NCBI GenBank assembly: GCA_002441425.1
Contig: DJWB01000001.1
Coordinates: forward strand, 15,087 to 79,086
Direction: 5' to 3'
DNA: 64,000 nt
Origin: Patescibacteria group bacterium UBA6241
GTDB taxonomy: Bacteria; Patescibacteriota; Minisyncoccia; Phycocordibacterales; Phycocordibacteraceae
In this document: positions 50,479 to 60,265 of the stretch, in pieces
Numbering within the stretch: position 1 is the stretch's first letter
Layout: every line of letters starts with the position of its first letter
Program-made: the position numbers and the translations under genes
The notes under the pieces: generated by a model
Database searches by the model: none
The model's input: only the letters and a program-made list of their open reading frames with translations
Told to the model about the DNA's origin: nothing

Positions 50479-50482
50479 TTGT

Positions 50483-51025
50483 ATGAAAAGAATAGTTGTC
50501 GCATCAAAGAATCCCGTAAAGATAAATGCAGCACAGCAGGCCTTTGAGGCTATGTTTCCCGAGGAGGAGTTTGAAAGTACGGGTGTCTCTGTTGTGTCTG
50601 GAGTATCAGATCAACCGCTGAGCGATGAAGAAACATATACAGGAGCACTTAACAGAGCAACTGCTGCAAAAGCAGCGGAACCCTCTGCAGATTACTGGGT
50701 TAGTTTTGAAGGTGGAGCTGAAGATAAAAATGGAGAGATTGAGGCGTTCGCGTGGGTATTGATTGAGGACCGTACAGGTTTGATAGGCAAGGGAAGATCA
50801 GCCACTTTCTTCTTGCCCCCTGCAGTAGCTGAGCTCATGCGGGAGGGGAAAGAACTCGGAGAGGCAGACGATATTGTATTTGGACTCACCAATTCAAAGC
50901 AGAATGATGGAACTATTGGGTCCCTCACTGGGGGACTCGTTACGCGCACCAGCTACTATGTAGACGCTGCAGTGCTTGCCCTCATTCCATTTAAGAATCT
51001 TTCCCTATACCGCCCTGAAGCCTAA
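50483..51025 (+). CDS. yjjX: inosine/xanthosine triphosphatase (YjjX-family non-canonical purine NTPase)
   Basis: Matches E. coli YjjX along its length (VVASKNPVKINAAQQAF...SDQPLSDEET...WVSFEGG...KGRSATFFLPP...VLALIPF). Confidence 0.7.
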   Translation: MKRIVVASKNPVKINAAQQAFEAMFPEEEFESTGVSVVSGVSDQPLSDEETYTGALNRATAAKAAEPSADYWVSFEGGAEDKNGEIEAFAWVLIEDRTGLIGKGRSATFFLPPAVAELMREGKELGEADDIVFGLTNSKQNDGTIGSLTGGLVTRTSYYVDAAVLALIPFKNLSLYRPEA

Positions 51026-51060
51026 ATGCTATACTAAACAGACCTAAACAATATAAATGT

Positions 51061-51318
51061 ATGGACAAGACAGTAACAATTTACACCACACCAACCTGCC
51101 ACTTCTGCCAGATGAGCAAGGAATTCTTTAAGGAGAATAATGTTGCATACACTGAGTACAATGTTGCACAGGACATGGAGAAGCGTCAGGAAATGATTGA
51201 TAAGAGCGGACAGATGGGTGTCCCTGTTATCTTCATCGGAGACGAGATGATCGTTGGATTTGATAAGGGGCGCTTTGTTTCAGCGCTCGGTTTGGGAGGC
51301 GAAGCACCTCAGGCATAA
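51061..51318 (+). CDS. glutaredoxin-like protein (CHFC active site)
   Basis: TIYTTPTCHFCQMSKEFF...GVPVIFIGDEMIVGFD. Confidence 0.65.
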   Translation: MDKTVTIYTTPTCHFCQMSKEFFKENNVAYTEYNVAQDMEKRQEMIDKSGQMGVPVIFIGDEMIVGFDKGRFVSALGLGGEAPQA

Positions 51319-51330
51319 GGAAGCGCACAT

Positions 51331-51361
51331 AAAACCCCGTAGCAGAAAGCTACGGGGTTTT
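51331..51361 (+). terminator. rho-independent terminator (AAAACCCCGTAG-CAGAAAG-CTACGGGGTTTT)
   Basis: Perfect stem and T-run after the glutaredoxin stop. Confidence 0.7.
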
Positions 51362-51380
51362 ATGCTAGTCTCGTATTATT

Positions 51381-51452
51381 CCCCTCGTAGCTCAATGGAT
51401 AGAGCATCTCACTCCTAACGAGACGATGTAGGTCCGATTCCTGCCGAGGGGA
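51381..51452 (+). tRNA. tRNA-Arg (anticodon CCT)
   Basis: Manual fold: acceptor CCCCTCG/CGAGGGG, D-arm GCTC/GAGC, anticodon loop CTCCTAA, 4-nt variable loop, T-loop TCCGATT. No encoded CCA. Confidence 0.65.
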
Positions 51453-51498
51453 CAAATGAAAAGACCGCCTTTTTTTGGGGCGGTCGGAGAAGATGTCG

Positions 51499-51642
51499 TT
51501 ACTTCTCTTCCGGTCTCAGGTCGCCATTGCGACCCTCCAAAAGAGCGTCCACGACGTCTCGTTGCGCTTCCGGATCCTGGACAGGTTCCGGAGCAGGCGG
51601 CGGCGAAGGTTCTCGCGGTCCGTCAAACACAGGTTCAGTCAC
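51499..51642 (-). CDS. GC-rich micro-ORF, GTG-initiated 47-aa Pro/Glu-rich peptide (VTEPVFDGPREPSPPPAPEP...). A diverged copy is at 56817..56945
   Basis: I translated it codon by codon by hand. SD-like GAGGGA 11 nt upstream. DNA-level similarity to 56817..56945 (GTGAC..GACGGACC..ACCTTCsyCsCCsCC). The plus-strand ORFs in the table at 51456-51768 appear to be GC artefacts. Confidence 0.3.
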   Translation of the reverse strand: MTEPVFDGPREPSPPPAPEPVQDPEAQRDVVDALLEGRNGDLRPEEK

Positions 51643-51749
51643 TTTGTTTCAGCTCCCTCGTGCATACTTCGCATCCCGAGTGGACACGAAGAATATAGTT
51701 TTAGCCAAAATGGTATTTTTGTAAACCCCGATGCTATACTTTCTTATAT

Positions 51750-52043
51750 ATGCCCCCACAGGAACTAGAGCGACTCGTTAAAGAAACACGCCAGCTTGCA
51801 GAAGATAATAATCGTTTGCTCCGCCGCATTCGCAGAGATGCATTGCTTGGGTTTGTGGCAAAAATTGTGCTCTGGCTTGTTGTTCTTGGAGTCCCGCTCT
51901 TCTTCTTGGGCACATATCTTGGACCTATTATGGACGCTTTGTCAGGGTCTGGAAGTGAGAGCTTTAAGCCGGGACTTTTTGGCCTTCCCTCAGAGGAGCA
52001 AGTTAACAAGCTCATAGAGCAGTACCAGTCTCAGTACCAATAG
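51750..52043 (+). CDS. small membrane protein (hypothetical)
   Basis: 97 aa, one TM (IVLWLVVLGVPLFFLGTYLGPI), between two tRNAs. Confidence 0.4.
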   Translation: MPPQELERLVKETRQLAEDNNRLLRRIRRDALLGFVAKIVLWLVVLGVPLFFLGTYLGPIMDALSGSGSESFKPGLFGLPSEEQVNKLIEQYQSQYQ

Positions 52044-52081
52044 GTGGAAAGGTTTCCCTGATGTGCTAAAATCGTGCCATT

Positions 52082-52157
52082 GCTTGGGTAGCTCAGTTGG
52101 TAGAGCATTCGCCTGAAGAGCGAAGGGTCACCGGTTCGACCCCGGTCCCAAGCACCA
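52082..52157 (+). tRNA. tRNA-Phe (anticodon GAA), CCA encoded
   Basis: 76-nt cloverleaf GCTTGGG...anticodon loop CTGAAGA...GGTTCGACC...CCCAAGC-A-CCA. Confidence 0.85.
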
Positions 52158-52181
52158 AAAAGAGGGGTGTATAGTGTACAC

Positions 52182-53267
52182 ATGAAGACCGTGCGAAAGG
52201 TACTTGCTTGGGCGCAAAGAAATGAACGACACCTCGGAGGGATCGTTTTCTTCTTTGGTTTCCTTACAGACCTCCTCACATTCACGCTGCTAGATATTTC
52301 TATACTGAACTTTGTGTTCGGAGGTTATTTGGTTGCCACATACATTGCAGTCTTTTTAGTGCATCTTGTTTCTAAGGAAGTTGCTCGCCCTTCAGTCTTC
52401 AGGCGCTCAGTGCGAGTTCTGTTGCCGCTTGTTGCGCAGTACCTAATTGCAAATATGCTCTCTGGGTTTCTTATCTTTTATACAAAGAGCTCTGTGCTCT
52501 TTGTATCTTGGCCGTTCATTATTCTCCTCGGTCTCGTATTCCTCGGAAACGAATGGTTCAGGACATACAAGGATCGCTTGATATTCCTTGCAACACTTCT
52601 TTTCTTTACCACATACGCATATACAATCTTTGCGCTCCCGCTTTTTGTACATACGCTAGGTCCCTTGGTATTCCTTGGAAGTACTGCAATTTCAGTTGGT
52701 ATCTTTGCCGCATTTCTTTTCCTTCTTTGGAGGACAGGACCAAAGCGATTGCAGGGAAGTCTCTTGCCTACGATTGGAACTTCGCTTGCCGTTCTGATTG
52801 TTATGGTCTCAAGCTATTTTACGGGTCTTATTCCTCCAATTCCCTTAACACTTAAGGAGTCCGGTATATATCACACACTTACCCGATCCGAGGGTTCCTA
52901 TGTCTTGCATGGAGAGAAGAATAAAGAGTGGTGGGATCCAAGACCACAGACACTGCATGTTATTGAGGGAGAGACGGTCTATGCATATACAGCAGTATTT
53001 GCACCTATACAGTTTGGTACTTCAGTAGTGCACCGATGGGAATACTACGATCAGAGTACGAAGAAATGGACATCTCGTGGAATCATTAGCTTTCCTATTG
53101 CAGGAGGACGAGCGGGAGGATACAGAGGATACTCTGAACAAACTAATCTAACGTCAGGGAGTTGGCGTGTCCGTGTTGAAACCTCAAACGGGCAAACAAT
53201 CGGGCAGATACCTTTCTCTGTAGAGCGTGTGCCAGCGTTGCCTCCGCTTCGTAAAGAGGTGAAATAA
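52182..53267 (+). CDS. polytopic membrane protein with C-terminal extracytoplasmic beta-rich domain (hypothetical)
   Basis: ATG 52182 with RBS AAGAGGGG. ~7 TMs, then a ~150-aa soluble domain. Confidence 0.45.
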   Translation: MKTVRKVLAWAQRNERHLGGIVFFFGFLTDLLTFTLLDISILNFVFGGYLVATYIAVFLVHLVSKEVARPSVFRRSVRVLLPLVAQYLIANMLSGFLIFYTKSSVLFVSWPFIILLGLVFLGNEWFRTYKDRLIFLATLLFFTTYAYTIFALPLFVHTLGPLVFLGSTAISVGIFAAFLFLLWRTGPKRLQGSLLPTIGTSLAVLIVMVSSYFTGLIPPIPLTLKESGIYHTLTRSEGSYVLHGEKNKEWWDPRPQTLHVIEGETVYAYTAVFAPIQFGTSVVHRWEYYDQSTKKWTSRGIISFPIAGGRAGGYRGYSEQTNLTSGSWRVRVETSNGQTIGQIPFSVERVPALPPLRKEVK

Positions 53268-53298
53268 GAAAAGACCCGCGATGTGCGGGTCTTTTCTT
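53268..53298. terminator. bidirectional terminator (AGAAAAGACCCGCG-ATGT-GCGGGTCTTTTCT)
   Basis: Perfect hairpin flanked by A- and T-runs, between convergent genes. Confidence 0.65.
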
Positions 53299-53803
53299 AT
53301 CCTGCCTTAACGCGCAGCTTTGTTTGCCTTGCCTTATCTAGCTTCGGAAGAATGATGGAGAGCAACCCGTCCTTAGCTCCTGCAGAAGAGTTGTCTACAT
53401 CAACTTCTTGGGGAAGGAGAATAGTTCGTGAGAAAGATCCCCAGAATAGTTCGCGGGTGAAGTAGTCTGAATCAAGTACCGAGTCTCGCTCGTCTCGTGA
53501 GCCCTCAATAACAACCATATCGCGGCTTATAGATACATTGAGCTCGTCTGGGCGCACCCCTGCTACGAATGCGCGAATGACGATCTCATTAGGAGTCTGA
53601 TACACATCAACTGGAAGCTGACCCTCGCTGTGCTCTTCTTCAACAGTTGAAAGAATACTGCGAGAAGGCAGGTCTGAAGAGACAGCAGTGCGCACAGGTG
53701 CTTGCATGCCTGACTGCATTGGCAAGTCGTCATCAAAGCCATCGTACTGGTCATCCATAGGAGCGGAGCCAGAGAGTCTATCGAAGAATGATCGTTTTTT
53801 CAT
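53297..53803 (-). CDS. Hsp20/alpha-crystallin family small heat-shock protein
   Basis: Alpha-crystallin domain motifs (VDVYQTPNEIVIRAFVAGVRPDEL..., GLLSIILPK). Confidence 0.75.
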   Translation of the reverse strand: MKKRSFFDRLSGSAPMDDQYDGFDDDLPMQSGMQAPVRTAVSSDLPSRSILSTVEEEHSEGQLPVDVYQTPNEIVIRAFVAGVRPDELNVSISRDMVVIEGSRDERDSVLDSDYFTRELFWGSFSRTILLPQEVDVDNSSAGAKDGLLSIILPKLDKARQTKLRVKAG

Positions 53804-53812
53804 AAGAGGAGT

Positions 53813-54520
53813 CTAGCAGGTATTTTTAGGTAAACGGTGATAGCGAATGTACTTTAGTAGTTCAAAGAGAGCGAAGAATACAACAGCTCCGCTCCACACC
53901 ACAAAGAACGCAAACAGCGTGTATGAGCCGTTACCATCAATTATAAGGAAGTTGAAAAGGGCATGCAATGCAATTGCAAGGATAAGTCCTATGGTTGTAT
54001 AGATCGTGCGCACCCAACGAGGCTTCATGAACGCGAATGCCATGGCAAATCCGATGGTTGATGAAGCTACTACATGAAGCAATGTGGACCCAACGAAGCG
54101 TAGGTTTCCTGTAAGAAGCCCCTCAAGAATGTTTCCTCCGGAGAAAGGAGCAATAAGGAAAAGCACGTTCTCAAGTGCTGCAAACCCAAGTGCAACCGTG
54201 AGCATGTAAATAACCATATCTACAGACTCGTTAACTGACTTGCGCCAGAGTACAACGAGCGCTGCAAGGCCGTACTTAATAGTTTCTTCAATTGCCGCCC
54301 ACGCAATAATAACGGGAACTCCTGCAGGAAGTGCGAGGATGGCAAGACGCTCTAAAGGAAGTACTAAGGGTACAGAGAGCGCTCCGGCAATAACCGCAAG
54401 CATAATCATGGTCTTAGGTTCAGGACACCTAGAATCCTCCTTAAGGAGGAAATACAACCATATCATTGCAGGCAAAACACCTCCCAGGAAGGCGAAGAGT
54501 GCTGTCTCTGTTGAGATCAT
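53813..54520 (-). CDS. prsW: PrsW-family intramembrane metalloprotease
   Basis: AIEETIKY (EExxK), FAALEN (FxxxE) and HALFN motifs, ~7 TMs. Confidence 0.7.
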   Translation of the reverse strand: MISTETALFAFLGGVLPAMIWLYFLLKEDSRCPEPKTMIMLAVIAGALSVPLVLPLERLAILALPAGVPVIIAWAAIEETIKYGLAALVVLWRKSVNESVDMVIYMLTVALGFAALENVLFLIAPFSGGNILEGLLTGNLRFVGSTLLHVVASSTIGFAMAFAFMKPRWVRTIYTTIGLILAIALHALFNFLIIDGNGSYTLFAFFVVWSGAVVFFALFELLKYIRYHRLPKNTC

Positions 54521-54524
54521 TCCC

Positions 54525-56708
54525 TTATTCTACACTGCCCGTACCCGGCCAAGGACTAATCATGAGGAAAGGAGCCTCTGGCTTAAGAGACTTCCATATT
54601 TCTTCTGTAACAAACGGCATAAATGGGTGAAGTCCTGCGAGTACGTCTGAAAGCAGACTATGCAGAAGCGCTTTGCGGGAAGCGTGTGCTTTCGCATCGT
54701 CTGAAGCAAACACCTGCTTAGAGTCTTCAATAAGCTCGTCAGCGAGACGATGCCATGCATAGTGATATAGCTTTTCAGCTACAAGGTGTATACGGTAGTT
54801 CTCAAAATCGTTAGTTACATCTTTAAGAATCTCGTCCAATTCAACGCCTAGCGCGCGATCTGCAACCGTTAGTTCAGCGGTGAGGTCAGCACCTTCGGTT
54901 TCTGAGAGAATATATCTCGCAATATTCCAAAGCTTGTTCGCAAAGTTCTTGTATCCCTTAACTTTGTTCTCATCAAAGCGGACATCGCTTCCTACTGCAG
55001 CACCAACTAAAAGACCCATGCGAAGTGCATCAGCTCCAAAGCGGTCTATCATGTCTATAGGATCAATACCGTTTCCAAGTGACTTGCTAAACTTCTGTCC
55101 CTTAGAATCGCGCACGAGTCCGTGGATCAACACGGTCTTGAAAGGTACTTGTCCCAAATGAAATCCACTCATAAGAATCATGCGAGACACCCATAGCGGA
55201 AGAATCTCATACGCAGGAGACATAAATGAGGTTGGATGGAATGTACGTAGGTCTCTCGTATCTTCTGGCCAGCCAAGTGTTGAGAACGTCCAAAGCGCAG
55301 AGGAGAACCACGTATCAAGTACATCGGGGTCTTGAGTCCAACCATCTCCCTCGGGTGCAGTCTCCTGGCATACAATTTCATCTCCTCGGTACCACACTGG
55401 AATACGGTGCCCAAACCAAATCTGTCTGCTGATGCACCAGTCATGAAGATTGGTTATCCAGTGCTGGTATATTTTCTTAAAGTTTTCCTGAGGCATTGAA
55501 ACCTGCCCGCTTTCAACTGCCGCGCGCATAACTTCTTTCAAAGTAACGGTATCTCCGGTGGTAATACCTGGAATCTCAGAGTGGGGAATTGCAAAAGGTG
55601 TATTAACACCAACAAACCATTGCAACTTTGGAAGAGGCTCAATAATACCTCCGGTGCGCTCAGCAGTAGAAACATTCTGGGAGATGCTCTCCTCTGAGAC
55701 CATAAGTCCCTCTTCTCGCAGCCACGCGGCAACTGCCTCTCGTGCGTCGTTAACCTTAAGCCCAGACACACGACCCTCTGCAGTCATCTTCGCGTACTCA
55801 TTAATAACTATGCGGTCCTTAGGAAGATTGTGTCGCTCTGCAATATCCCAGTCTATTTGGCTGTGTGCAGGAGTAACGCCAAGCGCTCCAGTTCCAAATT
55901 CAGGATCAACTTCTGTATCTGCAACTATGCGTATTGAAAGAGGGATATCGCAAAACATAACTTCGTATGTCTTGCCAACGAACTCTTTGTACCTAGGATC
56001 GTCAGGGTGTACCGCAACAGCTACGTCGCCAACTTTTGTTTCAAGGCGTGTGGTCGCAACAGGAATAGGGAAATCCTTGCTGTACTTAAATGTGTAGAGA
56101 GTTGCAGTTCGCTCTTCATGCACAATCTCATCATCTGAAATTGTTGTCTGACCCTTTGGGTCCCAGTTAACGATACGGTTGCCGCGATATATAAGTCCTG
56201 CATCGTACATGCGTTTGAATGCAGTAAAGACAGCTTTGTTGCGGGTATCGTCTAGGGTGTATGCGTACCGAGACCAATCAAGAGAGGCGCCCATACGACG
56301 TACCTGAGAAAGAATGGTTGCCTCGCTTGCTTTTGCGAACTCCCCAACACGACGAACTAACTCCTCACGCCCGATATCATGTCTGCTCTTACCCTCTTCC
56401 TTCTGTATATTCTTTTCAACTCGTGCCTGCGTTGCAATTGCTGCTGAGTCAGTGCCTGGAATCCAAAGCGCTTTCTTTCCGCGCATGCGGTTAAAGCGGA
56501 TTACACTATCCTGCAACGAATCCTCGTACGCGTGCCCGAGATGCAGCACTCCAGTTACATTCGGGGGAGGGAGCACAATAGTAAAAGGCTCCTTTGAATC
56601 TGCATCCGGTAGATTGTCCGGATTAAAATATCCACTCTCTTCCCATTCAGTATATATACGCGCTTCTGTTGCGCTTGCGTCATAGGGCTTTAAAAACTTC
56701 TCGTCCAT
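54525..56708 (-). CDS. valS: valine--tRNA ligase
   Basis: HLGH (PNVTGVLHLGHA) and KFSKS (KMSKS) motifs, editing domain. Start taken at MDEKFLKPYD. Lacks a long C-terminal coiled coil. Confidence 0.9.
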   Translation of the reverse strand: MDEKFLKPYDASATEARIYTEWEESGYFNPDNLPDADSKEPFTIVLPPPNVTGVLHLGHAYEDSLQDSVIRFNRMRGKKALWIPGTDSAAIATQARVEKNIQKEEGKSRHDIGREELVRRVGEFAKASEATILSQVRRMGASLDWSRYAYTLDDTRNKAVFTAFKRMYDAGLIYRGNRIVNWDPKGQTTISDDEIVHEERTATLYTFKYSKDFPIPVATTRLETKVGDVAVAVHPDDPRYKEFVGKTYEVMFCDIPLSIRIVADTEVDPEFGTGALGVTPAHSQIDWDIAERHNLPKDRIVINEYAKMTAEGRVSGLKVNDAREAVAAWLREEGLMVSEESISQNVSTAERTGGIIEPLPKLQWFVGVNTPFAIPHSEIPGITTGDTVTLKEVMRAAVESGQVSMPQENFKKIYQHWITNLHDWCISRQIWFGHRIPVWYRGDEIVCQETAPEGDGWTQDPDVLDTWFSSALWTFSTLGWPEDTRDLRTFHPTSFMSPAYEILPLWVSRMILMSGFHLGQVPFKTVLIHGLVRDSKGQKFSKSLGNGIDPIDMIDRFGADALRMGLLVGAAVGSDVRFDENKVKGYKNFANKLWNIARYILSETEGADLTAELTVADRALGVELDEILKDVTNDFENYRIHLVAEKLYHYAWHRLADELIEDSKQVFASDDAKAHASRKALLHSLLSDVLAGLHPFMPFVTEEIWKSLKPEAPFLMISPWPGTGSVE

Positions 56709-56816
56709 TACGTTTGAATATAACAAATAAGCGCTTGAAAGGCTTCTCTTGTAGACATTGATTGATGAGTAGTTTTGTGTTACTATTTACGTACACACTC
56801 TTGAAAGGAGGTGCTT

Positions 56817-56945
56817 GTGACGCAGACCCCCCAGGATCAATACGACGGACCCATGGAGGACCTTCCTCCGCCCCAAGGGCCGCCTTCCAATGAAAAGGGG
56901 CACGAGCAACCCTCACCCGAGGGAGGCTCACACTACGGTGAGTAA
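56817..56945 (+). CDS. GC-rich micro-ORF, GTG-initiated 42-aa Pro/Glu-rich peptide (VTQTPQDQYDGPMEDLPPPQGPP...). A diverged copy is at 51499..51642
   Basis: Near-consensus SD AAGGAGG 5 nt upstream of GTG 56817. ~62% GC in an otherwise AT-richer intergenic region between valS and tsaD. Shares DGPxExxPPP and nucleotide blocks with the 51499..51642 copy. Confidence 0.35.
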   Translation: MTQTPQDQYDGPMEDLPPPQGPPSNEKGHEQPSPEGGSHYGE

Positions 56946-56979
56946 GATCTTTCCGCCCGCGTCAACTGATGCGGGTTTT

Positions 56980-58155
56980 TCATACCAACGATAGGTTTCC
57001 GTCAGCAGATAAAGACGCAGGATCTGAATACTTACCTTGAAGCGCACGATAGTATCCTGCGATTCCTATCATAATTGCATTGTCTGTTGTGAACATCGGA
57101 GCAGGAATACGCAGTTCAACCTCTGGGTGCTCTTGTGCGCACTTTTCTGTGAATACGCGTTGAATATTTGTGTTTGCTGAAACACCTCCTCCAAGTACGA
57201 GTGTCTGCGCATTTGTTTGGAGGAGCGCTCTGGAAGTTTTTGCAAAAAGCACATCAGCAACTGCATCTTCAAACTCTCTTGCGAGACCCTTCTTCTCAGA
57301 TTCAGAAAGCTCCGGGTGTGCCTTTAGGAAATACAGAACTGAAGTCTTGAGACCGGAGAAGGAGAAGTCTGTATGCGGGTCATGAATCATGGGACGGGGA
57401 AGGGTAACAGGAGCTTGGATATCTTCAGCTCTCGCTGCCTCTGCGAGACGCGATACCTCAGGTCCGCCTGGATAGGGTAGCGAAAGCATACGCGCTACTT
57501 TGTCGTATGCTTCTCCAACAGCATCGTCTCGTGTATGCCCAATCAATTCATATGAGAGCCAATCACGCATAGAAATAAGTTCCGTGTGTCCTCCAGAAAT
57601 AAGAAGTGCGAGCACAGGCAATTGAAGCTCTGAGATTACAAACTCTTCTCCCTCCGTACGCACCAGTCCAGACAAGAGATGTCCTTCCATGTGATTCACC
57701 CCGATAACAGGAATATCCCACAGTATAGAAAGAGCACGTGCGAAATTAACTCCAACCCATAGTGCAGGCGCAAGGCCAGGACCATGCGTAACTGCTATAG
57801 CGTCAACCAAAGGCTTGGCTGTGGTTTCAAGAAATGCAGTGAGCGCAGCGTTTAGCTCTGGTTCGCGAACAAGAAGTTCAGAGAGTTCTGCTTTCTGGTC
57901 CTCTGACAAAGTATTTGCATGAGACTCTAGGAGTCCTGCCTGAGAAAGTGCTTCGTGTAGAAGCGGCACAAGATTCTTTGCATGTTCTCTTTTAGCAAGT
58001 GCGGGGAATACCCCTCCGTATTCGCGGTGTATATCTACTTGAGACAAAAGTGCATTCCCAAGAATACGAAAACGCGCTGAATCTACTGATCCTTCAGCGT
58101 TAAGTATTGAGACCGCAGTCTCGTCACAAGATGTTTCAATCGAGAGGAGCTTCAT
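56980..58155 (-). CDS. tsaD: tRNA N6-adenosine threonylcarbamoyltransferase TsaD (Kae1/YgjD family)
   Basis: MKLLSIETSCDETAVSIL N-terminus, metal-binding HxxGH (VNHMEGH), C-terminal Gly-rich motifs. Start overlaps the upstream DHH gene end by 20 nt. Confidence 0.8.
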   Translation of the reverse strand: MKLLSIETSCDETAVSILNAEGSVDSARFRILGNALLSQVDIHREYGGVFPALAKREHAKNLVPLLHEALSQAGLLESHANTLSEDQKAELSELLVREPELNAALTAFLETTAKPLVDAIAVTHGPGLAPALWVGVNFARALSILWDIPVIGVNHMEGHLLSGLVRTEGEEFVISELQLPVLALLISGGHTELISMRDWLSYELIGHTRDDAVGEAYDKVARMLSLPYPGGPEVSRLAEAARAEDIQAPVTLPRPMIHDPHTDFSFSGLKTSVLYFLKAHPELSESEKKGLAREFEDAVADVLFAKTSRALLQTNAQTLVLGGGVSANTNIQRVFTEKCAQEHPEVELRIPAPMFTTDNAIMIGIAGYYRALQGKYSDPASLSADGNLSLV

Positions 58156-58987
58156 CAATCTTTTCCCAAGGGAACGGTCCCTCGCGAGGAATAAGGAATC
58201 CAGCAGAGTTTGGATGTCCGTTTCCTCCATACTTCTGTGCAATCTTTGCGACATCAACAGACCCGTCGCCACGAATAGAAACGCCATATCCGCTTGGATG
58301 AGCGGTCACGGTTAAAGAGAGCGGTCCCTTCTTTTTAACAAGCATGTTTCCAACCAATGACTTCATTGGCTTGATTGGGTGCGCAGTACCGAAGTAGCAC
58401 TCGTATCCTTCAAAAGAAACTAGCTTTGCTTGGTCTGCAGCAACGGTTGCGAGAAGCTCAAAGTATTCCGCATATATGCGTGCCTTTGAGAAAAGCACCT
58501 CGCTTTTCTCAGGATCGTCCAAGATCTGTGCGATCTCGTCCCACACTTCAAATTCAAAGGGGCGCACCTCAAGGTACGAAAGGAGTGGGCGAGTATCTGA
58601 AAGAGAGAATCTAAACAGATCATCATCCTCAATGTGTGTGAGGAGTGTAGGTATCTTTGTATCTGGATGAAAGAAGCTCCATGCGATAGTTGCTCCTGAT
58701 CGGTCTGAGTCAAAAACATACTTCGGCATGCTCTCCACGACATCCCGTACTCCCTCATGGTGATCCAGAACGGTAACTGATGCAGCTGCTGCTACAAACG
58801 TATCCATGATTTCTTTAGGGAAGCTGAAATCAATAAAATACACATCAGCACCCGTTACGTCTTCTTCAGGGACAGAGCCATGACGCAATCCTATGTATTC
58901 TGCAGAATCGCCAAACTTCTTCCAGGCACTATATGCGCCCCCAAAGCCGTCAGGGCAATGTCCGTGATAAAAGACAATCGTTCGCAT
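58136..58987 (-). CDS. DHH-family phosphoesterase (NrnA-like)
   Basis: DHH motifs (HGHCPDGFGGAYS, LDHHEG) and a DHHA1-like C-terminus with GGNGHPNSAG (GGGH). Confidence 0.6.
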   Translation of the reverse strand: MRTIVFYHGHCPDGFGGAYSAWKKFGDSAEYIGLRHGSVPEEDVTGADVYFIDFSFPKEIMDTFVAAAASVTVLDHHEGVRDVVESMPKYVFDSDRSGATIAWSFFHPDTKIPTLLTHIEDDDLFRFSLSDTRPLLSYLEVRPFEFEVWDEIAQILDDPEKSEVLFSKARIYAEYFELLATVAADQAKLVSFEGYECYFGTAHPIKPMKSLVGNMLVKKKGPLSLTVTAHPSGYGVSIRGDGSVDVAKIAQKYGGNGHPNSAGFLIPREGPFPWEKIDEAPLD

Positions 58988-58990
58988 AGA

Positions 58991-60265
<1,275 letters not shown>

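Noticed and set aside
51456-51768. Plus-strand ORFs 51456..51698, 51475..51768 and 51527..51724 downstream of tRNA-Arg
   Set aside because: They are Arg/Ser-rich nonsense-like translations inside the GC-rich patch. The minus-strand GTG ORF has an RBS and a paralog elsewhere, so the plus-strand calls are judged spurious. Even the minus-strand call is low confidence.
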